DNA of 64,000 nucleotides from Harriotta raleighana (GCA_050575255.1 JBNZDD010013686.1:2609155-2673154), one strand, 5' to 3'; shown: positions 1-15,600, counted from the stretch's first letter. Made by a program: numbers and translations. The notes: generated from the letters alone by a model not told the origin.

Positions 1-549
1 ATATTAATAATGAGACAAAGATGTTTCTTGCTCCATTTCCCTTCTATCACAGGTCAGCGCTGCACAAACTGATTGGGGGAAATAGTTTCTATATAAACTT
101 TAGGTCATCATTGATTGATGGATGGAATATCCGGAATACTGTCTGTCCAGTGCCTTGGGATGTCCTCCCGACGTGAAAGGCATTATACAAATGTAATTTT
201 GTCGTTGAGTGATATCAGAAAAGATTCAGCAAAAGATTCACCTGTCAGTTCACATCACCGTGAATCTGTGCATTGGTTCAATGAACAGAATGCCTTAATT
301 GACATTATTAGCAATTTGCTAGCATAGTACTGTGATAACTGGAGCTACAATGCATTTTATACTGAATACAAACACCTATGATTGCTTGTATTGCTTTGCT
401 TCATATTTATTGATTAGCTGCAAAAATTATTTCATTTTTAAGAACTAATAAACTCAAAACGACCCATTTACAGTAGCATGGGGTGATTTATATGCTGTAT
501 ATATACAACGAGACTTCAAAGGATATAATTTTTTCAGTTTAAGTTAGTA

Positions 550-1037
550 CAGTAAAAGCCCGTTCATCTGGCACCTGCTGACCTGGCCAATGCCGGTTAA
601 ATGGCATGCTGGTTAAACGGTCAGATCCCAATGCCGAAAACCCCAAACAAAAATAATTAATTTATTTTAACATGTACCATATTAATAATAGACTAAATAA
701 TAACATAATAACAGACCTTTGTTATTCACCTAAAAATTACCTTTGCTGGTAGATGCCTGGTTTGAAGCCATGATGCTGGGATACCAGGTGTACAGTCTAT
801 CGATAACTTCTGCAATGGTGGATGCGACACGAGGGAAAAAAACTGCAGTGCGACTAAGGCTCTATTAGCGGCAAGCCAAAATACCTGTACAGTACTCTTG
901 TGCGACAATCAATTCATTAATGTGTCACTGCTATTGTGCCGGAATACATCCGGTTAGTCGGATGGGAACTTTTTTTTGACATATCGGTTATATGGAAGTT
1001 CCGGTTGATCGAGTCACAGATAAACGGGCTTTTACTG
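550..1037 (+). mobile_element. Tc1/mariner (Tigger/pogo-like) MITE, family A
   Basis: TIRs CAGTAAAAGCCCGTT / AACGGGCTTTTACTG with TA target duplication; no ORF. Confidence 0.85.
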
Positions 1038-1162
1038 TACTATGAGAATATTAATATCAATGTGTAACTTTATATTTATTTTCACTAAGTTTCCCTTTGC
1101 TTTTACCACTAATCAAGTCTTTTTGCTTTTTGTTGACTCTTTTACAACATTTCTGTAAGCAG

Positions 1163-1267
1163 CAAGAGAGACGAGAGAAGCTGTGGGACCCTCCACATCG
1201 TGCAGTTTTGGCAAATGCTCACAGAAAACTGAATGACTTCAACAAGAACAATGCAAGCTTGTCTCAG
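1163..1267 (+). CDS. TPP2: TPP2-like exon [35 protein letters not shown]
   Basis: Tandem acceptor taag/cag, GT donor; similar to TPP2 KERKEKIWDPVHR. Confidence 0.85.
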
Positions 1268-4200
1268 GTACTGAACACTGCTGATTAGTCAATGTTTTTT
1301 CAAGTAACTTCTAATAATCTTAAGATTTTTGGGCTTCCTAGAGAGCTCAGAAGACAGAATATCAGTGGCATTCAGAACCTATATGACTTATTTTACTGGT
1401 GTGGTTGAGTGATATTGAATATTATGGCACCCTCCATAAAAACAGAGTGGAGATGAATATAGGCTTGATTTCCTGCTCTGTTCAGTTCTCAAATTTGAGC
1501 CTCATCAATAGGAGAGAATGATTAGAGATCTCCACATTTTTTTAGAAGGGAAAGAAAATTGATGGAAAGAGTCATGCATGGACAGTGCCTTAGTGCCTGC
1601 TGGCAGCAAGCTACAAAGAATTGGCAATGATCTGAGAACAGCCTGCCTGATATCCTAGCAGCAGGAATGATGAGGTCATGTATCAGATTTTCAGATTGAA
1701 TCTCATCAAATCTGATTGTCTTGGTTAGTATTGTGTACATTTTGTTTCTTGTGAGAAGATTTTCTAGATGTATAAAGCTATTACTCACCATCATTATTTA
1801 TTTATTTGTTCCTTTGATTGCTCTGCGGCCAATTAATTTTGGTGGGGTTGTTCCAAAATGTGAATTATTTTTCATGCAGGATATGACCCTGTATCCAGTG
1901 GTTGGCATTTTATAAGTACAGTTTGTAGCAAAATTATTGCAGAATCTTTTGTCAAAATTATTTATTTAAAGTTAAGAATTATTTACAATTTGCTTTGTGT
2001 CTGTTATTAATTAACTGTTCCAAAAAGTCTGCTTATTGTAATATCTGATAGCTGCTTCCCTTCTCATGGGGTTATCAATTACGATGATACAGAAAATATT
2101 TTCCTTCAAATAAAATAATCTTATTTTACAAGGTATTTTTCATTAATACTCCCCAGTGTGTGTTCACAGAATCTGTAAATAAAGCTTAATGGAAAGTGCA
2201 TCAAGTAACTTTAAACTAAGGACTTCTAAATAGTTTAAGTAACTGGATGACAACATGAATGTAATGAAAACCAATAGCTGTTCCCTTTGGGGAACATGCA
2301 TAATGCATTATAAATGCAGATGCCATAATGTTCAGGTCACTAAGCATTGGGAATGAGGGACATGTTTAAAAGATGTGGTCCAATCCTTTCATGGTTGTCC
2401 TACATTCTCCTTCATTATTTATTCATCGAGTAGCTTAAGATAGGCTTATCAACAAATGGGAGGCAGAATGGCCGAGACACTGAGGGTACAATTTCCATTG
2501 ATGACTAAAATTAGATTTTTTGTATGACGTTATCATCAGGACATAGAATAGACTATTTTTAGTGAGGAAAGAGTGCTGGCCAATTGTGTCTCAGCTTTAT
2601 TCTTCCTTAAGAAGATAGTCTTCTCACAACTTTCTTCTAAATTTTCAATTCCTGTTAACTATTTAAAAATGTTGTATCAGTCCAAATACTGTGAATCAAT
2701 TGATGCTAGTCTCATGCATCTTTCTGTTAGCAAATATAAATCTCAGGGATATTCTTTAATATAGTTTGTATTGTTTCATTTGAAATTCTATTTTAACAGG
2801 AAGATAAATTGATATTGGAGGATCTACAGTGTCAAGTTGATCAGCTGAATGCTCTAGAGAAGCAATATATTGACCTAGGGCCAGTCTATGACTGCTTAGT
2901 GTGGCATGATGGGGAGACATGGAGGTGAGATACTTAACTGTGTTTAGAATCTTATTTTACATTAGTATTATTATTATTACATGATACATGTGACTATCCT
3001 TGAGATTTCAAGCCCCTTCCTTTCATATGCCAGTCTACTTCCCTCTTGAAAACTAAGATGGACTCTGCTTCCAGCACCCACTCGGCAAGGCATTCCACAT
3101 CCCAACGACCCTGGGTGGAAAAAATCTTCCTAAGTTTTTCTTTTGCCATTCTTGTAGCTATCGTATGACTATCATTTTTATGCTTTCAGCCGTCCTCCTA
3201 TGACTCTGCCCTCCCTCATCCCAACCCTACCCCACACTCCCCATTGCTCGGGTCATGACCCCAATTGTTCAGTGCCTTGGGACTTTCTTCAAATGTGAAA
3301 TGCAATGAAATGCACGCTACAAATGCAATGTTGTTGTTGTATGTTCCGTTACTATTATAATAATAATAATTAGGAACTATATCTTTAATCATCCCAATTA
3401 TTTTACTACCTGTTATGGACTTGAATTTGTAAACTGTTCCAGCACCACAACTGTCTTGCTCCTCTCCCATTGTAGAACTGGTGAAGTAGAATGAACCATT
3501 GGTTAAGTAGAATGTCTTGTTTTTTAGCAATGGAAATGCATTGAAGTGTAAACTATGATCAGGAGGGCATAGATTTCAGATTTATTGCTTTTAACAAAAA
3601 ACATTGTGCAAACAACAACAAATTATACTCGTATAGCTCCCTTCAGGTCAGAAAGATGTCCAAGGGTGTTGTTTTAGAAGCAGCACTTTCAAAACAGAAT
3701 ATTATCTTCAATATGATTCAGAAGATTGGTTCTGTTTATACATAATTTTTTAAAAAATTGTTTCATAATCTTTTCATTTAAATTTTTTTTAGTTTGAATC
3801 TAGTTAAATATTTACTTCTGGCTTTCAAAATAATTTGCCTTGACTGTCTGAAGGTGGAATTGTTCCAAGCTATATTCTGCAACTCTAAATTTATGATGAC
3901 TTTACATTGCAGCTAAAGTGACTTTGACGTATTCAATTTAGTTTATTTGCATGGAGTGCCCGATATGGCATTTAAATGCCTCATGTCAGCAGAATTTCTG
4001 CAGGTGTCGTTTGTTTATAGTTTACTTTGGCAGGCATGATCTTCCATCTCCTGCAAAATGGGCAATGTATCTTCCAAATAACTTGGTTGAAATTAGATTC
4101 TGTTTTAATTGTTATTAAAACTACTCAGATTTAATTCCTTAATGTTGATTGTGTAACTATACGGGCATGTTGAGCGTTCTAATCTTATACTGAAAGGCTG

Positions 4201-6584
4201 CAAAGCCTGCCCCGTTCTTATTGTATCTGATAATTGGGAATAGACCATGCATCTTTTGGATATATCGTTTATGCATTATCCATCACTTTTATTTGTTCTT
4301 CTTTCTAGAGCATGCATTGATACCAGTGATTGTGGTGATCTCAGTAACTGCACAGTTCTCAGGAATTACAGAGAAGCCCATGAATATGCTCAATTGGGCA
4401 AGTCTGAAATGCTGAATTATTCTGTCAACGTGTATGATGATGGCAACACACTTTGTATTGTTACCAATTCAGGTGAGGCTGTGAATAAATATTTGAGGGG
4501 AAAAAAATGCAGAATATCTGTCTTGTGTTACAGATGGTGAGAATAAATAGCACAGTTGAAGACATCTTAAACATGTATTTTTTTCCAATAGGATCTCATG
4601 GAACACATGTAGCTTCAATAGCTGCAGGACACTTCCCAGAGAATCCTGAAATGAATGGTTTAGCCCCTGGTGCCCAATTATTGGCTGTCAAAGTTGCTGA
4701 TTCTAGATTAAACACCATGGAAACTGGGACGAGCATAATTCGAGCAGTAAGAAGAACTTTGATAATGAGCTTTAGAAATTTCAACAGTAAATAATGATGT
4801 TTTTGCTCCATACTTTGTATTGTAACGATGTTCATAACTCTCATGGTCGGTATCTATTTTTCTCTTAGCATTACGGTCATTCTTTAATGTAGCTCTTAAG
4901 TTTTATTCAGTGGGAAATAAAATGTTGCCTTTTGCCAGTTGCAAATAGCACTGATCTGTTTTTCAGCAAAATATTTGCAAGCTTATTTATCTTAAACTTT
5001 TCAGATGATTGAGGTGGTGAAGTACAAATGTGATCTGGTAAATTACAGCTATGGTGAATCAGCTCATTGGACCAATTCAGGGTAGGTAAAATATCCATGA
5101 CATTACAAGTTTAATTGTATAGCTGGCAGAAGTTTAAAGGACAGGTAACTCAGCTATTAAAAATATTTTAAGCGCAAACTTTTTTTTAGTTCTCAAGTGC
5201 TACTAAGAACTAAGAACAGTGAGGTGCTTTAGCTTCAGTTTAACAGCTGTAGTTTACCTAAACAACAGGATTTAGTTTGCCTTATGATGCATAGTGAAGT
5301 TGTCTTATTTGCTGTTGCAAGTAAGAACCATCAGGTCAGTAACCAGTTGTAATATCTTTGTAACTGCTCAAGTTTAAGCAGACTGCTAAAATCTGCTGGC
5401 ATTTATGTTATGCTGACCATTTATAGGAATATTTTTTAAAATCACAATTCCGCGATTAGTGTAAATTCACTGCCTTAGTCTAAAACTTGCATATGAAGAA
5501 TGGCCACTTAGTGAGTGGTCAGAAGCCAGTTTGTCAAGCTACGTGAGGCAGTGTCAGCAGGAGAAGAGAAAGGATAAAAAAAAGGAATTGAGTTATTCGA
5601 ACATTTCTTTCAATCAGCTCTGATACTTGGGGGGGGTGGGGCGGCGGGGTAATTTTAGACATAATGTTAGGAAATCAGTTCAAGGCAGGATTCAAAGATT
5701 TGGGGAAATTGACCAGAAAAGAAGTACATCATTTGTGAGAGGAGTACTATAAATAAATATGACTGCATTTGACTGTGAGATTGTCTATATTATAGGTGGT
5801 AATTTTGCACCCTTGGTGCATTCAAGAATCCTGTGTGAAGTTCAGCAGCAAGCCCCTTTTTCATCTGTTATTTAAGCCTTTTTGATATGTCTAGTAGTAC
5901 TGTAGTACTGTCATTGAAGGCTATAATTATTTTTCATTTCTGTAGCTTATTGTTTTATTCAGAATTGCAAAATATTGCTTTTATTAGAAACCACGTTACT
6001 GACTGTTAAAAAGTAATACGCTATGGCTCATTTCATTTAGATAATTTAAATTATAACTTAAATCATAGTTTTAAATAGCAATAATGGTTAGAATGGTTGA
6101 GGGAGTACAATTTACAAGTGTAACATCATGTGCATTATTTGTTACTTGTACATTTGAATAATTTGTTCCAATCCTCTATTTAGGCGAATATCAAAGGTGA
6201 TCAATGAAGCTGTTTGGAAGCAAAATATTATCTTTGTGTCCAGTGCAGGCAACAATGGACCATGTCTTTCCACTGTGGGGGCCCCAGGTGGTACTTTAGC
6301 TAGTATCATCGGTAGGTTTTTAAAAACAAAAACATATTAAACCAGCAACAAAATGTAACCATCCAAATGATAAATGAGATTTAATTAAAATGCTGTTTTC
6401 CCTAAGACGAATATTGCATTTGCCCGTATAGTGTGTTAGTATCTGTTTACCTATATGCCCTGTTTTCATGTTGATTTTGTGAAAATCATGGTTATTGTGG
6501 TTCCTGCTACCCACATGTTGAGATTGAATATGTTTCTAGAGCTTTGATAAATTTCTTGCTTGTAGCACTGATTATTGAGCACCT

Positions 6585-6628
<44 letters not shown>

Positions 6629-9600
6629 NCCCCCCCCCCCCCCCCCCCCCAAAGAACAGCCTTGCGTAATTGTAGAGTAACTTTTCCACAACTTTTCTAA
6701 TGTGTTGCTTGCATGCAGATATAAACCGGATGTTTAAAAAAAAATTAATGCAGCTTTTCATTTTCAGGTCTAATTTCATTCATTTCTATATTCCCATGTG
6801 TTCTCAATGGGTAAATGCATTCTTCTTTGTTCTACTAAGTTGTTGAAATTNCTTGCATGCAGATATAAACCGGATGTTTAAAAATAAATTAATGCAGCTT
6901 TTCATTTTCAGGTCTAATTTCATTCATTTCTATATTCCCATGTGTTCTCAATGGGTAAATGCATTCTTCTTTGTTCTACTAAGTTGTTGAAATTGGGAAA
7001 ATCCCAGGATTCATTGCTTAGTCTGTGTCAAGTAGCTGATCGCGGATGGGATAATGGTGCCACAGCTATAATTGTCATTGACATCTCTGGGTAATGACAT
7101 TAAAAGCTTGCCAGAGTGCCTGTTCCCAGATGAATATCCAGTGAGAATTGCTGGAAAGCATGGATATATATCCATCCGTAAAAGGGAAAGATCAGGTTTA
7201 GCTTTTTTCCTGTGGTTGCATAGCCTGCTGACATTTTTCAGGCCAACATGAACATAAGTAACAAACAGAAGTTGCTGGGAAAACTCAGCAGGTCAGTCAG
7301 CATCCGTGGAGAAAGGAAAGTGAGTTAACATTTTGGGTCTGACGAATTAGATTTCCAGCATCTGTAGTATTTTGTGTTTTATGAACATAAGTAATTTGAA
7401 TGAGGAATCAGAATACCACCAATACTTGTGGGATTTTACACTGGCAGTAAAGCAGCTACAGGGAAATGGGAGAACATACTGCTATTTTTTAATACATATA
7501 GAAAAGGAAAATGGAAGCCAAGCAAATTTGGAAGTGTGAGTGCATTAGAAATCTCTGGAGGATATAATTCCTTTCAACCTGTTTTTTTAATGGTGTGAAC
7601 AGGAGGCGTTTTTGAATCAAACCAGTACAGCTGTTTACCTGGCAAGTTCTGCATTTGCAGAGAGGAAATGTTTGAATTGCTCTGGACCCTATAGAGCTAC
7701 TCATTCATTGAACCAGTAGCTGATACCAATTGAGCCTTGAAATAGCATGTCTCCAAGAGACAGTGAGAAGAAAGTGCTAGGTTTCTTCTACAGGGAGTTT
7801 AATTATTTATGTGGAACTAAATATAAATACTCCTGTACTCTTGTACTTGCTTTCTTGCAAATGTAAAGCTTCTAAAACTACATTGTTTATCTATTGAAAG
7901 TACAGAATCTCCGGTTATGCTACGTTAAGAATGTTGCCAGCACTAATGTCCTTGACTGAATCCTTTAGGTGTTGGTGCATATGTTACTCCAGAGATGATG
8001 ATTGCAGAGTACTCCATGCGGGAGAAATTGCCTGCCAATCCGTACACATGGTCATCAAGGGGACCTTGGTAAGAGGCAGTTTAAAGCTGGCGGTATTACN
8101 ACACATGGTCATCAAGGGGACCTTGGTAAGAGGCAGTTTAAAGCTTCTTTTGTACTTGTTCTTGCTGCATTGTGATAAATATGGCTGGCGGTATTACAGT
8201 AAAAGTGCTGACTGGGTAACTGGTTCATTGGATACAAAAAGAAAATGGCACATTGCAGATTTCAGCACCAAGTTTCTTGATTGGGAAAGAAAATCATTTC
8301 TGTATCAAAATAGCAATACTGAGGGACGTATAGGCCAAATCATTGAGCTAATCTAAACCTTCAGCAGGGTCTACAAAATTTTGTGGGACATATAATGCAG
8401 CTGATTTCACCCCAAACCCTCCCTGAAAAATTGAATAGCTTAATGTACGCTGAAGACAGAATGCAAAAGAAGAAATAACTAGTTGACTATTAGCATGTCT
8501 CACCTCCAAACTAAATGTTCTAGGATTCCCACTACATTGCTTTTGAAACAAGACCTGATAGCTTCTTCTTCTTTAAATTCACCAGAACATTTCAGACTCC
8601 TGTTTGCCTGTCATTTAAATGAATTAAATTTCTCATCTTTCAAGTTGTCAATTTTTAAAATTCTCCACTTATTAATCTGATCTGTTCCTCACATGGTTAG
8701 TATTTTAACTGCTGCCTATTCCTTATGAATCAATATTGTTGCTGTACTTTTGATTGCACTTGACAGCAGTTACCTGAGAAGTACTCTGAGATGCCCCATT
8801 TTTCTATTGATTGTACTAAATCCAAATATATATTATACCTTCCTATATTTGTGTTCCCAGACATATAATTGTATCTCTGAGCTAACGCTTATCTTTGTTA
8901 GTACTGATGGAGCTTTGGGAGTATGCATCACTGCACCAGGGGGCGCCATAGCTTCTGTGCCCATCTGGACCCTGTGTGGCAAGGAGCTAATGAATGGAAC
9001 GTCTATGTCCTCTCCTAATGCTTGTGGAGGCATTGCGTTGATCCTCTCAGGTACGGTAACACACCATGCTGAAAAATCTTACATTGGAAATCAGGGATAG
9101 CATAGATATAATCAAATCATAATATAGTTTTACATTATGTAAATTTGTTTTCTTTTATTTTCCTACTGCATTGGAAGGGCAACTGTCATTTTAACATTAT
9201 CAACACCAGCATAAAAATTGCATTTGTAGAGCACTTTTCACTTCAGGCAGACATTTCAAGGAGCTGAATAGCCAGGGGCCAGGACCCGAGCATGGGGCTT
9301 GGGTGGTCAGTTATTGAAGAATAAATTACAATTATACATTTGCTGCATTTCAAATATTCATTTACATAAAATAATCCGTGTTGCAGGTGGAACGTGTAAT
9401 CCTGGGTAACTATCACATTCTGGTTGCAAAAATCTCTCTTAGGGCCAACAGTTGTCAAATGTAAGCTTCTAAAATATATCTTTAAAATAATCTCTTACAC
9501 AAATGGGAGCTGGAAGGAATTTTCTAATGTGTCCTGAAAAGAGATGTGCTCTGAGACCATTCTATTTCTCCGAGCCATAACACATAATTTATCCTTAAGA

Positions 9601-12600
9601 AATTGGGATCATAGATGCCATTTTTGTTATGTTTTTCAGCATGCTGTACTTTTTGAAACAGTGTTCTCCCTTAAGTAATTTTTTTTTAAAAAGTCTAATA
9701 GATGCATAATTTAGCAATTTAGTAAGTAGTGAATCGCTATTACTATTCATGTGTACGTATTTCATAATTTTATTAATTTTTTGTTTAGCCATTTTTGTTG
9801 TGTTTATATTGATTGAAATGGAAATAATAAAGAGCTTTTGAGTTACTGGTAGTACAAATTAAGCAATGTGGTTAAAAGGTTGTGTCCAGTGGTTGCAGTC
9901 TGTGTTCCGGTGATAAGTTTTATTATTCGGGATGATAACTTTAATATTACTTTGCGAATCATTACTGATTCAATGCTTGCTGGTAACTGCATGCAGCAAT
10001 AGGTCAGGATTCATTGAATCACAGGAAATGTAGTTTTGACCCATCACTGCATACAGATTTACCAGCTGCATTGAATTATACCTGCACAGTGTATATTACT
10101 GATCAAAATCACATGCAAACTTGCATAAGTTGTCTAAAATACAATTTTATTCAGTAATCTGTAATTTTAGGGTATGAAGATATCTATTGATCATAGCTCA
10201 TCACACTGTTAACCAAAGTTTTTGTTTCACTACTTATTTGGGCTCTGTCCAGTTTGAAATGTTTTGAGATAGAAGTTACGTTTTTGATGTTGAAGCCAAA
10301 CTTGTGCTCCTAACTATTACCGCTGCTCCCTTATCCTCCATTACGCATAACAGCCAAAACTTTTTGAGCCCAAAGTGTGTGTATTAGTAACATTATAGTT
10401 TGATTGATCTACCAAGATATATTCACTGCTTTCTTGACCTTGCAGTTTTCAGTCCACAATTCTTCATTTGTCTTTCTCATTTCCTGTAGGATTGAAAGCT
10501 AACAGCATTGCGTATACTGTGCACTCAGTGCGTCGGGCACTCGAGAACACAGCTCTGAAAGTGGAAAATGTTGAATTGTTTGCACAAGGCTGTGGAATAA
10601 TTCAGGTAAATATTAAATTTACTAACTGTTGAATATGTGAATAATTTTAAATGAATCTTTCGTGGTATGCTTCTAAATTAGATTTTACATTAGTCATAAG
10701 GATTGTCATGATATTGCTTTATGAAATTATACATATTTTTACTTGTCGAGCATACGCAGGTCAATTATGGCATAGGAGTGATAGAGTAGAACATCCTGTC
10801 CTGGTGTCAATCTGCAAAACTGATGTTTGGTACTGTACTCAAATTCAGTAATGAAAAATCCAGTCAAATCCGGTTTGATTTGAATTTCTATTCCAGAGAT
10901 GAATAGACCAGTGTTGTAATACACTACGCCATCTGTCCCATTTTATGCTTGTTTGATGATCTATTCAGTATGTGCTGCATTACTTGTAAACTAATATTCA
11001 TTATCTTGATGATCATCCACTATCCCTCACCATCTTGCCACAGTTGGAATCTGCAAAGTTCATGAGAGCAATAAAAACTGAGCGTGTATGTTTTCAGCAG
11101 TTATTGTGATATACTTGTGTATATATTTTTACTTTCACTAAAAGTCCTGAATAAAAGTTAACAAAGAGTGTTCATTCATTGTATGCATCTGGGACTCTGT
11201 GCTCCAGGATAGGTTTCCTTGGTAACATTTTTATTTTCATGAACAGATTGAAAAAGCCTACGACTATCTCACTCAACATGTCGCAGTAAAGAGCACAAGT
11301 TTAGGCTTCAACATCAAAATAAGCCAATGGCGTGGAATCTACCTCAGGGAGCCTGCATATTTATCTGTGCCAATCGACTTGTCTGTCTGTGTGGAGCCAG
11401 TATTTCCTGAAAATACAGGTACAGAAAATGCAACCCCAAATTCACTGATAAATGTTTTATGCTGTATCCTGAGGACAACAAAGCCATATGTGGTTGAGTA
11501 ACTGGCATTTTTCCTGTTTGTTTTTAATCAATGTTTTTTTTCAAGCCAAATTGATTTTGTTTTCCAAATCAAAATTTCACAATATAGTTTTTACATGTAT
11601 CCTTGAAAAAAATCTCCTTTAAGCAATCTATGTAGTTAAATGCACAGCGCATTTTTTTTTAAACATAGGATAATCAATTTTCTCTCCTTCCTATTCTGTG
11701 CCCAGCATTTATTCAATTCCACAGTTGAATTGCTGAATATTTTGAAAATTGTATTGAAATATTGATGTATCTGTAAATATTGGCCCTCTCACTCCGCAGT
11801 CTAGAATGGCTCAAAATGATTGCTTTCATATTGTTGCAGTTGTGAGTTATTACAGACTAGCAAATCTCAGCTGCATGTGAATTTTTTTGTCCTTTCTCAT
11901 TGAGAACCCTCAATGCTCTCTCACACCTCCTGGTGGCTGAAATGAAGACTGCAATTTGATAATTGCATGCTTGAAATGGTGTGGTAGGGTTTGAAATGAG
12001 AAGGAAATAAATGGGACTTGACAGTATACACTTCGAGCAGAAGAAAGATTAAGTGAGGGTGGGTAACCAGAGTGACAGGATATTAAAAATTTATTTTGTA
12101 AAAGGGTGGTGAAAAGGAATAGAATAATAATTTCTGATTTCAATGATGAGTAAAATGGTCAACCAAGAATGGATAATGGTAAGGGGAGGTTATGTGGGAA
12201 CGTCATTCTGTAGCTGCGAGCTGTTCAGAGTGAGTAAGTATGATTTATGTTTGAGTCACTCTCTGTGCCATCTCTGTATCTTGCTTTCTGCCTCTATTCC
12301 CTTCACCATGTTCTCATGAAGTAATAGATTTCTTCTCTGTGGGTGTTTTATTTTATAGGTATGTGTGTCACTGTCTGTATTTCTTATCTTTCTGTCTTAT
12401 CTGTCTCTGAAATTTTCCCTCCCTTTTGCACACAGTCACCCATACTCCTCTGTTTCAAGTGTGGATCCTTTAAATTGAAGTTATAGTATTGAACAAATAT
12501 GACTTGAGTAGCAAATCTGTTCTGGTAATATTTTCCTGTGCAATATGTTCCCATGTGTGGGAAAAACTGGAGAAATTGTGTATTTAAGATATTCTTGCGG

Positions 12601-15600
12601 AGGAGTATTCAAGGATTTGTCAAGTCAAATGGAAGTTGTAGCCTGCAGCTTCGATATCTGAAACTTTAATTGCAATTAAAACATTGAAGGCTTATATTGT
12701 CCTATATCATTATGCATTTTATTTTAAATGCACAGAAAACAATGAGAAGATTGCCCTGCAGTTACATTGTGCTTTGACTTGTGATGCATCATGGGTGCAC
12801 ATACCTTCCCACCTGGAGCTGATGAATCAATGCAGGCAGGTGACAGTCCGAGTCAATGCTCGTGGACTCAAGGAAGGACCACACTATACTGAGGTTTGTC
12901 TCTGATTTCATTCTGATAATAATCTTTGAATTTGATACAGCATCTTTAAATAATTGATGCTTTACCTTTAACAATAATTAAGTGAGTGATATTTGTATCA
13001 CAGTGCTATTTCTGTCTTGGGGTTTAGAGTGTGATAATTGCCATCAAAATGGTTCTGTTTGTGAGCAAATCTTGAATAGATTGAGTACCCTGGAGAAATA
13101 ACATATTTTGAAAAAGTTCAGATGATTAAATTTATGAACCTGGTTGGCATGTCTCCATGTTATTTTATATAAACTTCCTTTTTCCATCTCACTTCAGATT
13201 CTTGGCTACGATACAACAGCAATTGGTGCAGGACCAGTGTTCCGGATTCCAGTTACAGTTATTATTCCATCAGGGTTGGTGAAAAGTAATCTATTATTTT
13301 ATGGAGCCTGTATTGTAACTTGCAAGGGGGATCGTGAGCAAGCAGGGGGATCACAGCTGGCTTGAAGGGAAGGTACAAGAGCAGGGCGAGACATCAGTAA
13401 TTGGTTCTTTGAATTTTGGAGGCATAGTTGGGTGTAAAAGAGTCCTGGGAGGATGACTGCAAATGACCTTTCTAAGTGTCAGAAGGAGCAGTAAACTCCA
13501 GCCACAGTGTCTGCTAGTCACCAAAAAGGGCCAGTCTAAAAAGGCAGTATGGAAAGCATGTCTCGCTCAACATCTTCATGTTCAAATGTTTAACCAGTTC
13601 CCTTTAAATGTTGTAGCCTCTGCCAATATTCACTGTTGATTAGAGCATAGGTTGGAAGAGTGAAAACAAAAGTTAATCCCCACAATAAGAAACAATTTTG
13701 ATGTCATTCTACGTGGTCTCTAGATTTTCATTTGTGCATTTAATGGAATTGTGTTAAATGTTATCTGTGCACAGAATAGATGAAGCTTCTGAATACAAAA
13801 GTGAATATAAAAAGGTGCACTTCAGGCCAGGAGAGATGAAACGGCACTTTTTTGAAGTACCCCAAGGAGCTACATGGGCTGGTAGGTATTGGAGTTGGTC
13901 GTGTAAATAAGCTTGAGAGTGTTATTGCAAATCTGTATAACATACAAATATAAACAGATGGAAGAGGTGCTGAAAATGTCATAATTTTATTTTTTTGTTG
14001 AAAATCTGGTGAGAGAAATGGAAATGTTTGATATTGTGTCATTCTAATTGAATAAGTAACTTGCTTATGTGTAAATATACAAATTTCAGTTAAATATTAA
14101 AATTTAACATCTGGTTATTTATAGAAGAACATTTTTCTTCTGTATATTTAAAATGTTTATTTTAAAATAATTGCTGTGGCTACTGAAACAGGAGTGATCA
14201 TTCCATTTACTTAACACTTCCAAGTAATCATTATATGTCTGAGGACTGAACTGATTGAATTCACCATTTGTTTGGGCAGTTTTTGTCTAAGGTTAGTCAA
14301 TGTGGGAGTTCATTAACATCCAACACTAAGACACATTTGTTAAAAATGAAATCAGCTCACTTATAGTGAAACTCTGTAGCAGTTTATCCCACTTACAAGT
14401 AAGTAACCAGTTACTTACCAAAGGGCCTTAAAGCATGTAATGTTTTCTAGAGTGAACATAGTGGAGTGAAAATAATCTCATTTTCAACCTATTGCAGAGA
14501 TAAACCTGGTTTCAAAGTCAGAAGATAAAACATCAGAATTTGTTGTTCATGCCCTTCAATTGAAAAAAGAAAAGGCCTTCCGAGTTCATGAGTTCTACAA
14601 ACATCTGTACCTTTCAGAAAAGGCTTCCCTGCGTGATGCCTTTCCAGTCATTGTGAGTACTGCTGAATCAATGATGAGTCTTTTCAATGAAACTGAGCAG
14701 GTAGCAACATTTCTATTTCTATTGTGTGTTGCTAGTGCATGTTACATGGATGACATTTTATATAATTAAATGGGTACTGTGTGTTTGGCCAAAATTATTT
14801 GATTTCAGTGATCTTTAGTGAAATTATAATAAATTTTCCAGTTATTCTTTTTGTGATCTATGTTACTTCCAGGAAGTTTTCTGCCTGTTTAGGCTTTTCC
14901 TAACCTATCACTCTCCTCCCACCTCATCCCACTTCTTTTCAGGCTTGTTGGGAATGTTCTCATCCCAATGACTGACCATCTGAGGCATCCAAAACCCCAA
15001 ATAATTCCCTTTAAGGATCTTTGAAATTTTAAGATTAGAAGCAATGACTTTAGTACAAGGCTGAGAATGTTTGTTGTAAATGTACCCTTTTCCTGTAAAA
15101 TCTAAATATGTTCAATGTGAGTATGATGCTATTGTATTTTTGTATCTGAATTCTCTTTAGGCAGGGAGGACTATTGAAATTTGTATTGCCCGCTGGTGGT
15201 CTAGCCTGGATGATATTGAAATTGACTATTGCATTTCATTCCATGGGCTGAGCTGTAATAGTGATACTTTACATATTGTAAGTACCTGTATTTTGTTTTT
15301 TCCCCCCAATTCTACTTGCTAGCTTGCGTGATGCTCAAAGTTGATTGTAGTTATCAGAATCTTTGAATTGATTATATCAATTCAAAGATTCAAGATTATA
15401 TCAATTCAAAGATTAAATACCATTCAGTTATATCAAGATTATATCAATTCAAAGGTTAAATACCATTCAAAGCATATGAACTGAAGTGAGGCCAATTGCC
15501 AAATCTTATTTGTCCTTTACCAATCTACATCTGTGGTTTATTTATTGTGTTCCTTTTTGAAATTTGAAGACAAAGAGTTGAACATTCACATACAACATTT

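Noticed and set aside
6507-6779. Poly-Gly ORF on the minus strand
   Set aside because: It is only the translation of the poly-C run across an N gap.
6708-6994. About 143-bp tandem duplication
   Set aside because: Copies are separated by an N at 6851; likely an assembly overlap or haplotype artefact.
8044-8144. Apparent duplication of a TPP2 exon end and its donor
   Set aside because: The two copies flank a single N at 8100, which is typical of an unmerged contig overlap. Not treated as exon duplication or pseudogenisation.
15368-15470. Short repeated units resembling an array
   Set aside because: Simple degenerate tandem duplication (GATTATATCAATTCAAAG) with no unique spacers; not CRISPR-like. 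The ~44-bp duplication at about 63665-63750 was rejected on the same grounds.
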